Shown: positions 48,616-59,400 of the stretch, in pieces | Layout of the letters: every line of letters starts with the position of its first letter | Numbering within the stretch: position 1 is the first letter of the stretch | NCBI RefSeq assembly: GCF_011745625.1 | Contig: NW_027191494.1 | Location: 62,001-126,000 of the forward strand | Reading direction: 5' to 3' | Length of the DNA: 64,000 nucleotides | DNA from: Cladosporium halotolerans | Taxonomy: Eukaryota | Notes under the pieces: generated by a model | The model's database searches: none | Told to the model about the DNA's origin: nothing | What the model saw: the letters and a program-made list of their open reading frames with translations, nothing else | Program-made: the position numbers and the translations under genes

Positions 48616-51221
48616 GGGTTTGTTGTGGGTGGGAGGTGAAGGTGTCGACTGCGTTGCGCGGCCTCGAATTAGGACATGTGGTGAAGAGAGCAGGGCCTGC
48701 GATCAACGATCATGGTTAGACGGTGATTGGCGAAAGGGCTGGCTAGAGACGAAGCCGGGGCTCGCATGCACGGCAGGGCGGGCGGAGGATATATCAATGC
48801 GAGGCGACCATGTGCGTAGGCGCTTGGGGCTCGAGCAAGAGCAGCGGCGGAGGAGCAACGCAAGCTGGAAGGAGAGTGGAGCTGACGTACGGCGATCGAT
48901 GCACAACAAAAGTATGCGCTATCAGCCCGAAGCGGAAGGCGCGGCTGGAGCCAGGATGGAGTTGCGCGGCCTGCCGGACAGGCAATCTATGGGCGACGCT
49001 GGCGGAGACGGGGGTTGGCGGACGGAGGCAGCGGTGGCGGAGAGGGCGGAGGAGGAGGAGAAGAATGAAGTGAGAAGAGCAGGTGGAGGAGGTGGAGGAG
49101 GAGGAATATGACAGGTGAGGCCAGGCCCAGGGATGCTGCGGTGGTGGAGAGAGCTGGAGGTGCCTCAGTGTTACAGCGGCGTTTGGTTGTTGCGTGCAAC
49201 TTTCCGCCCGCACCCTACGCCATCGGCGGCATCAGCAGCAGCCTGAGGCGCCCTGGCCTGGTGCTGGCGCCGGCGCGCCGGTGCTGACGACTCGCCTTGA
49301 CCCGTCGACGGAGCGTCGTCCATGGTGGATGGTGGCGCTGGCGGGCCGCCTGATAGCCACCGCCCAACGTGCCTGGCGAGCCTGTCCTGCCCTGGCTGCC
49401 CTTCGTATTCCTGCTATAATTGTTCTACCCGACCGCTGCCACCGCTTCGCATCCGGCAAGAGCCTCATCTCACTCTTCACGCGCATCCTCCGCCTCCGGC
49501 ATGCACTGCACGCCTGCAGCCGGAGCGCCCGTCGGAGTGTTGTTTGCAGGCATCCGCCCAGACGACGGGAGTCCAAGCAGTGCATCGACTCTGGCGCAAG
49601 CTTCCAAACGGCCTCCGCTGGCCACGCGTATGGCCATTGGCATCAAGGGTTTTTGGCAGGCTAGGCCAGCTCGCCAGCCAGCTTCTGCCGGATCAGCGCC
49701 TGCTAGCGCCGGGTTCCAGCGCGCGGGAAGGACGAGACACAGCGAGCGGCTGCGGCTAGCCCGTACGGCGCTCTGTCGCACCGCTAAGACAGAGGACAAG
49801 TGCTTCCTGCAGGAAAGCTTGCGTCGACGCCGGTTGTCGATCTGCGGTTCTGTGACCTGTTGCGGCATTATTCTGTGGATGTGACACCAGTCAGCCGGAG
49901 TCAACGGCAGTGATGATGCTGTCAACAAACATCTATAGACCCTCTGATCGGAGAATAGAAGAGACATGAATCTACAAGAGATACGGTAGTCTCCCGCCAG
50001 TAGTAACCTCCCGTCCGCAGCTCACCTGTCCCCATCCTCACCCTTCCGTGCCGCGGCCAAGCTCTCTTACAGGCCAGACCCGGCAGGTAGATTGCCCGGC
50101 AGCATCATACATGCACGCAAGGGGAAGCTTGATCGGAAACCCCCAACCCAATCGTCCTCGAAAGCAGCTGGGCACACGAAAGGGCGCACCTGTCAGGGCA
50201 GACGCGAGAACGGAGCGCTCGCCAGGAACGAAGTCGGAGCGGCCTCCAAGCGAGAAAGCTACCTTATTAGCCGGCCAGGCTGCTGCCCGTACTGTGTGCT
50301 GTTGAAAACCACGCGTACCGTCTCCAGCTCGCTTCCCCACACCCTCCAACGAGCAAGTGTCGCAGCCTTGTTAGGCCGGACCACACACACACACACGCGT
50401 TCGTCATCCGTTTCGAGTTGATGAAGCGCTCGCGTATGTAGCAGATCTGAGACGGAGACATATTGGGCCCCGAGTAAGCGTGCTGTTTCTGCCCTACGTC
50501 TAGACTCTGTTCGAACATCCATCGCATTCTTCCCTGCTTCCATGATTCTCGGCACGAATCCTGTCCGTGAATAATAAAATTGCATGCGACTCTGCCTGTC
50601 CTTTGGAAGAGCCAACCAGCTTTCACTTTCTATCGCAAAGATCTCTACTCACAGGTGTATGCGCAGCCTGTAGGGGACGATAGACTCAATGCACTCGCAC
50701 AGAATCTAAGTGAACAAGGCAAGCAAGGACGCCTCGCACTGCAGCCGCCTTCCCGTGCCGCGTACATGTCACCGCGCTGTGTACCTTACTCGATCATCCT
50801 GCGCTTGACGAGACCCATGATCGTGCCCGTGTACAGCATATCAATCAGAACTCTGCCCTCCGAATCAAGACATCGCCAGGTAACATTGCAGAGATGACAT
50901 TTCACAAAGCATCCACCTACCGCGTTACCTACGGTCAGCCGAAGCGTGACCGGGCCGCGCTGTAGCATCCTCTCAGTTCCCTTACAGCAACGACGACAAA
51001 AATAAAAGCAAACACGAACAGCTAGGTAGGTACTCAAGCAACGGCTCATGGTTTGAATTCGTTTCATTTTGTATTCATACAAACCCCCACACACACAAGA
51101 AGCTTGCCGATGTTAGATAAAGCATCCGACGCGGCCCGGAAGCGATCTCGCTGGGACGAAGAATCTCGCTAGCGGACCGCGCGGTCGAGCCGACGATGCT
51201 GGAGATGAGGGCTATGTCTCT

Positions 51222-54200
51222 CTACGACCTGATCTGCGGGCTCGAGGGCCGGCCCCAGAAGTCGAGCGACGCGATGACGTCCTCGCCCAGCTCGTCTTCG
51301 TACGCGAACAGGATCTGTGGAAATAGACTGTCAGCACTGAAATCAATTCCCCAAAAGGGAGACTGTTGCTCGAAACTCACCTCTCTCGAACTCGAGTGCA
51401 GGAATCGGATGTTCTTGTGCGTCTGGATGCACACCAGCCCCCCCGTGTCGCTCTGCCGGATCTCGATGAACTCCGGCTCGAAGGCGAGGATGTACTTCTC
51501 GCCCCAGGTGGCGAAGGCGTTGGGCGCGCCCTCCCACAGGATCTTCCAGTCGCCGCGCGCGCGCCAGCCGTTCTTGTTGACGTAGAAGCTGAAGTCGGTG
51601 TAGCAGAGCAGGAATTCGGAGGTGTTGCGCTCGATGTAGATGGGCTTGACGCCGCCCTCGCGGCGCGCGACGAAGTCGAGCGAGGTGTCGGCCTGGTCGA
51701 GCAGGGACTGCGTCTCCAGCGTCTCCAGCGAGACGATCTCGAAGCCCTTGGCGCCGCCGACGCAGAGCTTCGAGCGCAGGAAGTGGATGCTGTTGCTCTC
51801 CATGGGGATGTAGAACTCCTTGTGCGGTTTGAGCACTTCCTGGCCCGAGGCGAGCATCTTGGCCAGGCCGGACTTTTTCTTGCCCTTGGTCATGGAGTCC
51901 ATGGGTTGGTAGACCTTGACCGTCGAGGACAGAGAGCTGGATTTGACGCAGCAGACGAGAGTCTGGCCGTTGCACATGCCGGCGTTGATGTAGTTCGCGT
52001 GGCAGATCTTGCGGCCCTTCTTCGAGGGACCGGCGATCGATTCGTCGACGTCGAGAGCGTCCAGGGAGTACGAGTAGACAACCTTGTCCGTCAGGACAAT
52101 CAAGATCTGGTGCTGTTCGAGAACCCCAATCTGCGTAACGAGTCTGCATTCGAGGACCTTCTTCGGCTTTTGCGACGAGTCCTTGGGCCTGCGGTCGGAG
52201 ACATAGACACCGTAGTCGGTACCGATGACAAGCTTCCTGCCACCATCGATGGGTCTGCAGCAGTTGATCTTCACTGACGAGAAGAAACCCTCGTTCAGCT
52301 TGCTCATGGTGAAGATCTTGTGTCTCTCAGACAGCTTCTCCTTCTGCGCAAGGATGAGCTTCATCCACTTCTCACGCTGGATTTGGGTGGTGCAGAAGAG
52401 CGTCAGCTCGTAGCCGCCCTTGCCGAGTCCCTTGAATGTGATGGGATAGCCTTGTTCGCTGGGATTGGCACGAGTGTTTGTGGCGCGGCCAACGCCCGGG
52501 ATCATGCTCGAGGACGGGCGTTTCGTGATGCCCATCTTCGGCAAGACAGTGTCCATTTCCTTGATCTGCAGAAGCTCCAGTGGTATAGGCTTGCGGTAGA
52601 CTTTCATTTCCTCACGCTTATTGACCGTCTTTGACCGCACAAGGAGCACTGCATGATCGAAGAGGTACGCCGTGATGTCTGCTGTTTCCGACGTTGGCGT
52701 CTTCTTCAATTGGCTCTTGAAAATCAACTGTCGGCTCTCTTCAGTCAACTTCAGATCCATGTGCGGGATTGCGCCCCACTTCAGCTGCGAGTTCAAGCTC
52801 ATCAGGTTGAAGTGGTTCTCGGCCTTGCCGGACTCCTCGTTGACTCGGGCAAGAACGTCCCTGATGAGCTCGATTGCCTTTGGAATATCTTGCTTGTCCG
52901 GATTGTCGTCGGCAGTCTGCTTCAAAACATTTTCAAGAAGCAGCGGATATCTGGCCAATCTGGTCGTTGGCTTGGTGAGGTATCCGTTGAGCTCCAGCTT
53001 GCGCGATTCTTTCAACCGTTCGGTCTCGTCCACAAAACGCTGGAATTGTTGGTTGGCAGTCTTCTCCCTCTCGAACTCGAATTTACCAAAGAGTTGGTTC
53101 GCACCGTACTTGATGAAAGGGCTAAACTGTTGCACGTACTCCAGGAAGACGTCACCGATGTTGCGCACGATCGGCGCTTGTTGCTGTCTTCTTGTCAAGG
53201 CGCTTGCGAGGCGTGAGTTGACGCTGTGAACTTCCTGGCAATTCGAGAATACTGTACGGATGAACTTCTCTCGTCTATGTTCAGGGATTGGCGAGATCTC
53301 GGGCATTCTCAGGGGTTTTATCCAAAAGTCGCGGAGGTATTCCAGATCCTTCACGAAATCGCGTTCCGTATACATCAGCTCAGAGATTACTTCTTGTCGG
53401 TTCTTTTCTTGCTTGGTGACACTGTCCGCAATCTCCTTCGACACCGAGTTAATCCAGAGCTTCTGTTCACTCTCGGCCTCGTCATGTAGACTTGACCTAG
53501 ACGTCTCGCGCTTCAGACCAGGTGTCTGCTTGAGGTTGAGTCTTTGCTGCTGCTCGAGCCTTCTCGGGCAAGCGATCGAGTAACACAAATTGTCCCGGTT
53601 GCAGGTTGGCGAATAGCATTCCGTAAGCAGCGTGAAGACACCGTTCACCTCTGGCGCCTCGTCCGTAAGTGATTCTTTGAACTGATAAATCTCGTTCGGA
53701 GAGTCTCGCAGGCGATGGGCGTATGACACTTCGTGGAAATATTTTTGCGCATCCAGAGATCGACCTAAAAGGAGTGCAAGGTTGCGGTCCGACGTTCTGA
53801 TGATGTAGGCGATGAGTTCCACCGCTTCATATCCCGTGAATGCGTTTTGATATACCAGACCGTCCTTTTCTCTTTCGCTTATGGCCACTCGCTCACGGAA
53901 CGCTTGTGCAACGTTTGACAGCATTGCACCATAGACGAGCGAAGGCCGCTTCTGCGCAACCATGGTACTGCTTTGAGTCATCTGGCTATTAGACCGCTGA
54001 GCACCAGCACCAGCATTCGAGGGCCTCGGAGATATGTATTCGCCAGGAGAAGCTACAGTGGATGCCATGGACATTGTGCGAGAGCCAGCGCTTCCATTAC
54101 TGAGGTGCTTTTGATCGTACTGATTCCCGCTCGGTGTCCGCTCAGGGTGATATCCGTTGGTAAGCGTTGATTCGCTCTGTATCGTATCGCCGGATTCTCG

Positions 54201-54938
54201 CCTGCGATTAGGAATCACTCTCCCACTCGTGGTCTGCGTGTAATCCTGATCTCTTGTGTATGAAGACATGGACATGGTTCGCTCGTCCCCTGTCCTCTCG
54301 GGCACAACCCTTCCTTGCGCAGTCGTTCGAGCTAGATGGTTGAGATATGGTTGCTGCCGGAATGCATTCGCAGGAGCCTGACTGTAGCCGCCGCCTGGAG
54401 GCTGATATGCTGGACGGGGGGTTGAGGCGAGCGACTGCGTTCTGTAACTGTCGGTGTTCAATGCTGGGCCTCCCGGCGGGTATGGCCTCTGAGTGAATGA
54501 TCGCTGGTATGGTGCTCCGACTGGAGGGCCTCGGGGGTCCATCCGCTGGGGCTGGCCGTAGGGAACGCGATCTGGGCGGACTGGCTGCGGCATGCTCTGA
54601 CCTGGCGGCATGGGTCGCCGATGGGGTGAAGGGTTCGAGCCATTGGAGTATCCTGATCCTTCCATTGGGCGTGGCGGGGGATATCCGTTTGGTTGCTGTC
54701 CAGGCCTTACCGGCGGCGCCCGAGGGGTGTAGCCGGACATGGCGCTGGACATGGTATTTGCCCGGTCTTGCGGTATCTGAGGCGGCGGAGCACCCATCAT
54801 CGTCTGGCTCCTTCCCGATGGCGGTGGACCGCCGAAGATGTTGGAGAAGGCAGCATCGCGCTGCGCGGAAGAGGAGGCCGGACCAGGATTTGGTTGACGG
54901 CCGTAGTCGCGGCCTTGCTGGGCGTGATACTGTGCCAT
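51222..54938 (-). CDS. ROM2: Rho1 guanine nucleotide exchange factor (DEP-RhoGEF-PH-CNH); probable intron 51315-51380
   Basis: DEP region (NAFTGYEAVELIAYII...LGRSLDAQKYF), CYSPTC...CYSIACPRR, DH domain (RQEVISELMYTERDFVKDLEYL...KPTTRLARYPLLL), PH (LFDHAVLL) and CNH. Confidence 0.96.
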   Translation of the reverse strand: MAQYHAQQGRDYGRQPNPGPASSSAQRDAAFSNIFGGPPPSGRSQTMMGAPPPQIPQDRANTMSSAMSGYTPRAPPVRPGQQPNGYPPPRPMEGSGYSNGSNPSPHRRPMPPGQSMPQPVRPDRVPYGQPQRMDPRGPPVGAPYQRSFTQRPYPPGGPALNTDSYRTQSLASTPRPAYQPPGGGYSQAPANAFRQQPYLNHLARTTAQGRVVPERTGDERTMSMSSYTRDQDYTQTTSGRVIPNRRRESGDTIQSESTLTNGYHPERTPSGNQYDQKHLSNGSAGSRTMSMASTVASPGEYISPRPSNAGAGAQRSNSQMTQSSTMVAQKRPSLVYGAMLSNVAQAFRERVAISEREKDGLVYQNAFTGYEAVELIAYIIRTSDRNLALLLGRSLDAQKYFHEVSYAHRLRDSPNEIYQFKESLTDEAPEVNGVFTLLTECYSPTCNRDNLCYSIACPRRLEQQQRLNLKQTPGLKRETSRSSLHDEAESEQKLWINSVSKEIADSVTKQEKNRQEVISELMYTERDFVKDLEYLRDFWIKPLRMPEISPIPEHRREKFIRTVFSNCQEVHSVNSRLASALTRRQQQAPIVRNIGDVFLEYVQQFSPFIKYGANQLFGKFEFEREKTANQQFQRFVDETERLKESRKLELNGYLTKPTTRLARYPLLLENVLKQTADDNPDKQDIPKAIELIRDVLARVNEESGKAENHFNLMSLNSQLKWGAIPHMDLKLTEESRQLIFKSQLKKTPTSETADITAYLFDHAVLLVRSKTVNKREEMKVYRKPIPLELLQIKEMDTVLPKMGITKRPSSSMIPGVGRATNTRANPSEQGYPITFKGLGKGGYELTLFCTTQIQREKWMKLILAQKEKLSERHKIFTMSKLNEGFFSSVKINCCRPIDGGRKLVIGTDYGVYVSDRRPKDSSQKPKKVLECRLVTQIGVLEQHQILIVLTDKVVYSYSLDALDVDESIAGPSKKGRKICHANYINAGMCNGQTLVCCVKSSSLSSTVKVYQPMDSMTKGKKKSGLAKMLASGQEVLKPHKEFYIPMESNSIHFLRSKLCVGGAKGFEIVSLETLETQSLLDQADTSLDFVARREGGVKPIYIERNTSEFLLCYTDFSFYVNKNGWRARGDWKILWEGAPNAFATWGEKYILAFEPEFIEIRQSDTGGLVCIQTHKNIRFLHSSSREVSFEQQSPFWGIDFSADSLFPQILFAYEDELGEDVIASLDFWGRPSSPQIRS

Positions 54939-55660
54939 GTCGCGTGTCCAGAACTAGTGGCAGGGCAGTTTGCCAGACATCCGGGCCTCCCCACAGGTCG
55001 CTACCCTGCCGACTTCGCACCCTTGGGTGTCGGGGGCTCCTGGTCGCGGGATCCCGGCGAGCACGGCCGGGCTGTCGAGATACGTGGCGGCGCAGAGGGC
55101 GGTGAATGCAGGGCGGCGGCGGAGAGGTGCGGTGCGCCTGCGTGTGGTATGCGGCGGGGACGTGGGTGGTGGACGATTTGGAAGAGCCCACAGGGTATGG
55201 GCGGGATGGGCGGCGTGAGACAGCGCGCTCAGCAGCAGCCTATCAGCGGCTGTGAAACGGCGCTGCAGCGAGCAAGCGACATGCGCCGATTCGGATGGCG
55301 TCAAGCAAGCAGCTGCCAGGCGCTGCGCCGGTATGTGAGGTGTGCAGAGTGAATGGTTGCGTAGATGCGAGTGAATGCTTCTGTATATCGACGCTGTCTC
55401 GTGCTGGCACCCAGAGCAACTCACAAACAATATTCCCGTGCTGCGTAGCCGTGTGCGCTTCCAAGGTTTCGCTCTCGCCGTGTCGCGCGCTGCGTCCGTC
55501 ACGTGAGAGCTCCAGACTGGCGGGCGGCTCCCGCTGCCTCCTGCGGCCGAGCTGTATCCCGAGTCGCCTCTGTCGACAGACACGCCAGCTATAACGCCGA
55601 ACCGCTGCCACCCCTCCAGCAGGCCCAGAACCTCCTGCTCCATCTCGCAGAGCCCTCACA

Positions 55661-56508
55661 ATGGAAGACGCCGCCGACTATGCGCCCAAGTTCGCGCCCT
55701 TCCTGGGCATGGTAAGGCAGCACCTGTGATGGAGCTTCATCTTGCAACAACAGCTAACGTACTTTCACAGGCTGGTATCGCCTTCGCAGTATGTTCGAGC
55801 CGCTGATTCAATATCTGATCAAGACGCATCCCACTGACGATCGCCCGTACAGATGATCTTCGGATGTACGTCTTCAAAGAGCTGAATGCCGGGAAGGTAC
55901 AATAATGCTAAGAATGGGATAGGCATAGGAGCAGCATACGGCACGGCCAAGTCTGGCATCGGTATCGCAGGTGTCGGAACATTCAGATCAGACCTCATCA
56001 TGAAGGTATGCACGCGCAGGCCAAAGAGGACGCAGCCCAGATGATACTATATGAACGGTCCCTGACGTGGCTTGCAGTCTCTCATCCCGGTCGTCATGTC
56101 CGGTATCATTGCGGTATATGCACTGGTCGTTGCTGTGCTCATTGCTGGCAACATGAAGCCGCCGCCTGAGCAGTCTTACAGCCTTTTCAATGGCTTTATG
56201 CATTTGGCCTGCGGCTTGAGTGTTGGCCTCACGGGGCTGGCCGCTGGCTACGCGATTGGTATTGTCGGAGACTCTGTAAGTCTAAAGCTGACCTCTCAGA
56301 ATTAGTGGCATAGCTAACATTCCAAAAGGGCGTGCGTGCATACATGCAGCAGTCCAGAATCTTTGTCGGCATGGTCCTTATCCTCATTTTCGGCGAAGTC
56401 CTTGGTCTCTACGGGTATGCCCGTCTTTCAAAAGGCACTGATATCTTATGCTAACTAGGTGGTAGCTTGATTGTGTCTCTCATCTTGAACACCAGGGCAG
56501 CAGGTTGA
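55661..56508 (+). CDS. VMA11: V-ATPase V0 proteolipid subunit c'; 7 exons (introns 55712-55770, 55789-55852, 55866-55922, 56006-56077, 56276-56328, 56415-56465)
   Basis: Spliced product [69 protein letters not shown]...[49 protein letters not shown]. The essential Glu is present. Confidence 0.94.
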
Positions 56509-57541
56509 ACGTGCCTGCCATTCCGCTCTTGAATATACAGCATTTGCACATCGTCCGGGATCCTGGGAGCCCGGAATTATTCACGGCTAGATTGACAAGT
56601 TTCAAAGGCTAGAGGCTGGAATACTTTTCGAGATCCGTGTATGGCGAACCTCAATGTCGGGATAAATCTTCGGCTTCAGCATCCGCCTCCGAAATGTGAT
56701 TTTAGCGAGAGTCACGCGGTGCTTCAATTAATCCGCGGGGTAGCTTGTTTGCAGCTTATGTAGAATACCACCAATACCATCTTACTTCCAACCGATCTCG
56801 TTGGCTGCACCGTCCTGCTCGTGATAACTGGTGCTACAAGCGAGTCCTGACATCATCCCTATCATTTCGCCGAGACCCACGTGGTGTCCATGTGTAATGC
56901 CACTCACGACAACGATTCTGAGCCTCTATGGGTATTCACGAGCGCTCGTCTAGGGATACATACGAGGATAAATACTTTAAGAGCTTGACACGTGCGCATC
57001 ACGTTGCCAGCCCACTTCTGTCGACAGTCGCGAGGCTTGAAACAAGCATCGACAGCCTGCAGCCCTGCAGTGCCTGCCGGTTCACGGCGCTTCTTCGCGG
57101 CGGGCTGACTTACGTCAGGCCCTCCGAGCATCAACCTTGCCCCGCGACCTCGACGAGAATCTCGCTAGTCACAACCCATTGCGTTTCTTGCAATCACGCC
57201 CCTGTCGCTGTACACTGTCACATTCCACGAAACACTGCCTTTTTCAAATCCGCTCATACACCGCACTTACACCTGCAAACACCACCAACGCTGTTCTTGC
57301 CACGGATCTGAACTGCGGCTGAAAGGGCGCTGTGACGCTGATCAGGTGCATTGAACCACGACTGACGATCTCCTCGCGACCTCATAAACGAAAGTCCGGC
57401 CACTATCATCCTAGCTGCGAAAGACATGACGAAGGCTTGAACTCAACACCAACGACCTCTTACGACCTTAGCTGCGCGAGCAGCCCCCGCACGCCGACAT
57501 CACAATCACGCATCTGAACTTCCCTATAGACCACAGCAACT

Positions 57542-58848
57542 ATGGCTCCCGGAATTGTTGATAAGATGACTTCGCGGCTGCACCGCATGAGCCACAGCAG
57601 CTCGGGAGACAACAAGGAAAACTTTTCGCAAGCGCGCGAAGAAGAGAAGGCGAGGTTGGCATCCTGGCAGGCCGACAGCAGGCCTTTGGAGCCGTCAGAG
57701 ATCACCGTCGATCCTCAATCAAAGCCGGTCGGGCATTCGTCAAAGCTTCTGCGGAAAGAGGATTTCGAGCTTTTGAGGACGCTAGGTACCGGCACCTTCG
57801 CGCGTGTCTGGTTGGCCAAGTTCGCAAACCGCAAAAGTTCGGAGAAGAATCAGGTGTTTGCGCTGAAAGTCTTGCGCAAGGTCGATATCATTCGACTGAA
57901 GCAAGTGGAGCATGTGCGCAACGAAAGAAACGTGCTCGCTGCTGTCGCGGGTCACCCCTTCATTACTACCATGATCGCGAGTTTTCAGGACTCTGACACT
58001 CTCTACATGCTCCTCGACTACTGCCCCGGTGGAGAAGTGTTTTCATATCTGAGAAGAGCTAGGCGATTCAACGAGCCGACCAGCCAGTTCTACGCGGCGG
58101 AGATTTGCCTTATTCTGGAGTTCTTGCATGACAAAGAGGGCGTCGCATACCGAGACTTGAAGCCAGAGAACATCCTGATTGACGCAGACGGTCACCTGAA
58201 ACTGGTCGACTTTGGCTTTGCGAAAAAGATCGAAAATCGTGCGTCTCCCGGAAATGACCCAATGCTAATCGACTCGACTGACCGTTTCTCTGCAGGAGAG
58301 ACATACACCCTCTGTGGCACCCCTGAATACCTTGCGCCCGAGGTCATCAAAAACACTGGACATGGCACTGCTGTTGACTGGTGGGCGTTTGGCATCTTGA
58401 TCTACGAGTTTCTCGTCGGCCAGCCTCCATTCTGGGACCAAAATCCTATGAAGATCTACGAACAGATTGTGGAAGGCAAGGTGCGCTATCCGTCGGCCAT
58501 GGGCGAGGACGCACGAGATTTGATCGGCGGCCTTTGCACGGTCGATGTGACCAAGCGCCTCGGACACACATCCGGCGGCGCGGGCACGATCAAGGCACAC
58601 CCCTGGTTCAAGAATATTGACTGGGATGCCTTGTACCACCGCAAGATGCAGGGTCCTATCGTGCCACATCTCAAGAGCGCGGATGATACTAGGAATTTTG
58701 ACGAATACGACGCCGAGCCCGTACATCGGGATAACTACACTCAGGTAAGCTTACTTTGTCCCCAATCTAGCGTGCCATGATGTTTGCTAATGACGTGCGA
58801 CAACAGGAGCAGAAAGACAAGTATGACGAGATGTTCGCCGACTTCTGA
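57542..58848 (+). CDS. cAMP-dependent protein kinase catalytic subunit, secondary (PkaB/PRKX-like) type; introns 58239-58295 and 58745-58806
   Basis: LGTGTFARV, FALK, LKQVEHV, YRDLKPEN, DFGFAK, TYTLCGTPEYLAPE, AVDWWAFG, DTRNFDEY, and terminal FADF* hydrophobic motif. Confidence 0.95.
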
Positions 58849-59400
58849 TCCCCCGAGGGGATTAATGAGTGCTGTCACGAATGCATGTTGGCGGACTTGA
58901 GCATACTTCACGAGGGGGCAACAAGCCAGGCGTTGTGGGAGCATCTCGAGACACTTGGAGGTCTCAGTCCTTGCGAAAGGCCATCTTGGAGCATGTTTGA
59001 ATCATCTTGTACATGGGACGCTGCGATCTTGGTCGGACGTTGACGATCATATGACTTTACGTCGGGATGCCTTTTTTGGAGCAGCAACGCGGAGTGCTTG
59101 CGCACAGCTAGTACGTCATATGTGCAGAATGGACAATTGATCGAACTGCGTCCCTGCCGCTAGACCCAAGACCGTCTCCACGGTCGTGTTGAGTATTGTG
59201 TTGTCCATCTCATCACTGACCATCTCGGCTTAAGGGTCGCGTGCACCAAACCCCGCATGAATCTCCACACTGTGGAGAGCTTGGTGGATGCATCGACCGT
59301 TGAACCGCGGCAATAGCAACACCTTGATCGACGCGTCCTGCCGCCAACATGCACCTCACGATGTCCCTCGTCCTCCCGTACATGCAGCTGGAGCTCGAGA

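Noticed and set aside
49194..51100. Cluster of 100-165-aa ORFs between OCH1 and ROM2
   Set aside because: They overlap on both strands with no codon bias or domains, which fits GC-rich promoter and terminator DNA.
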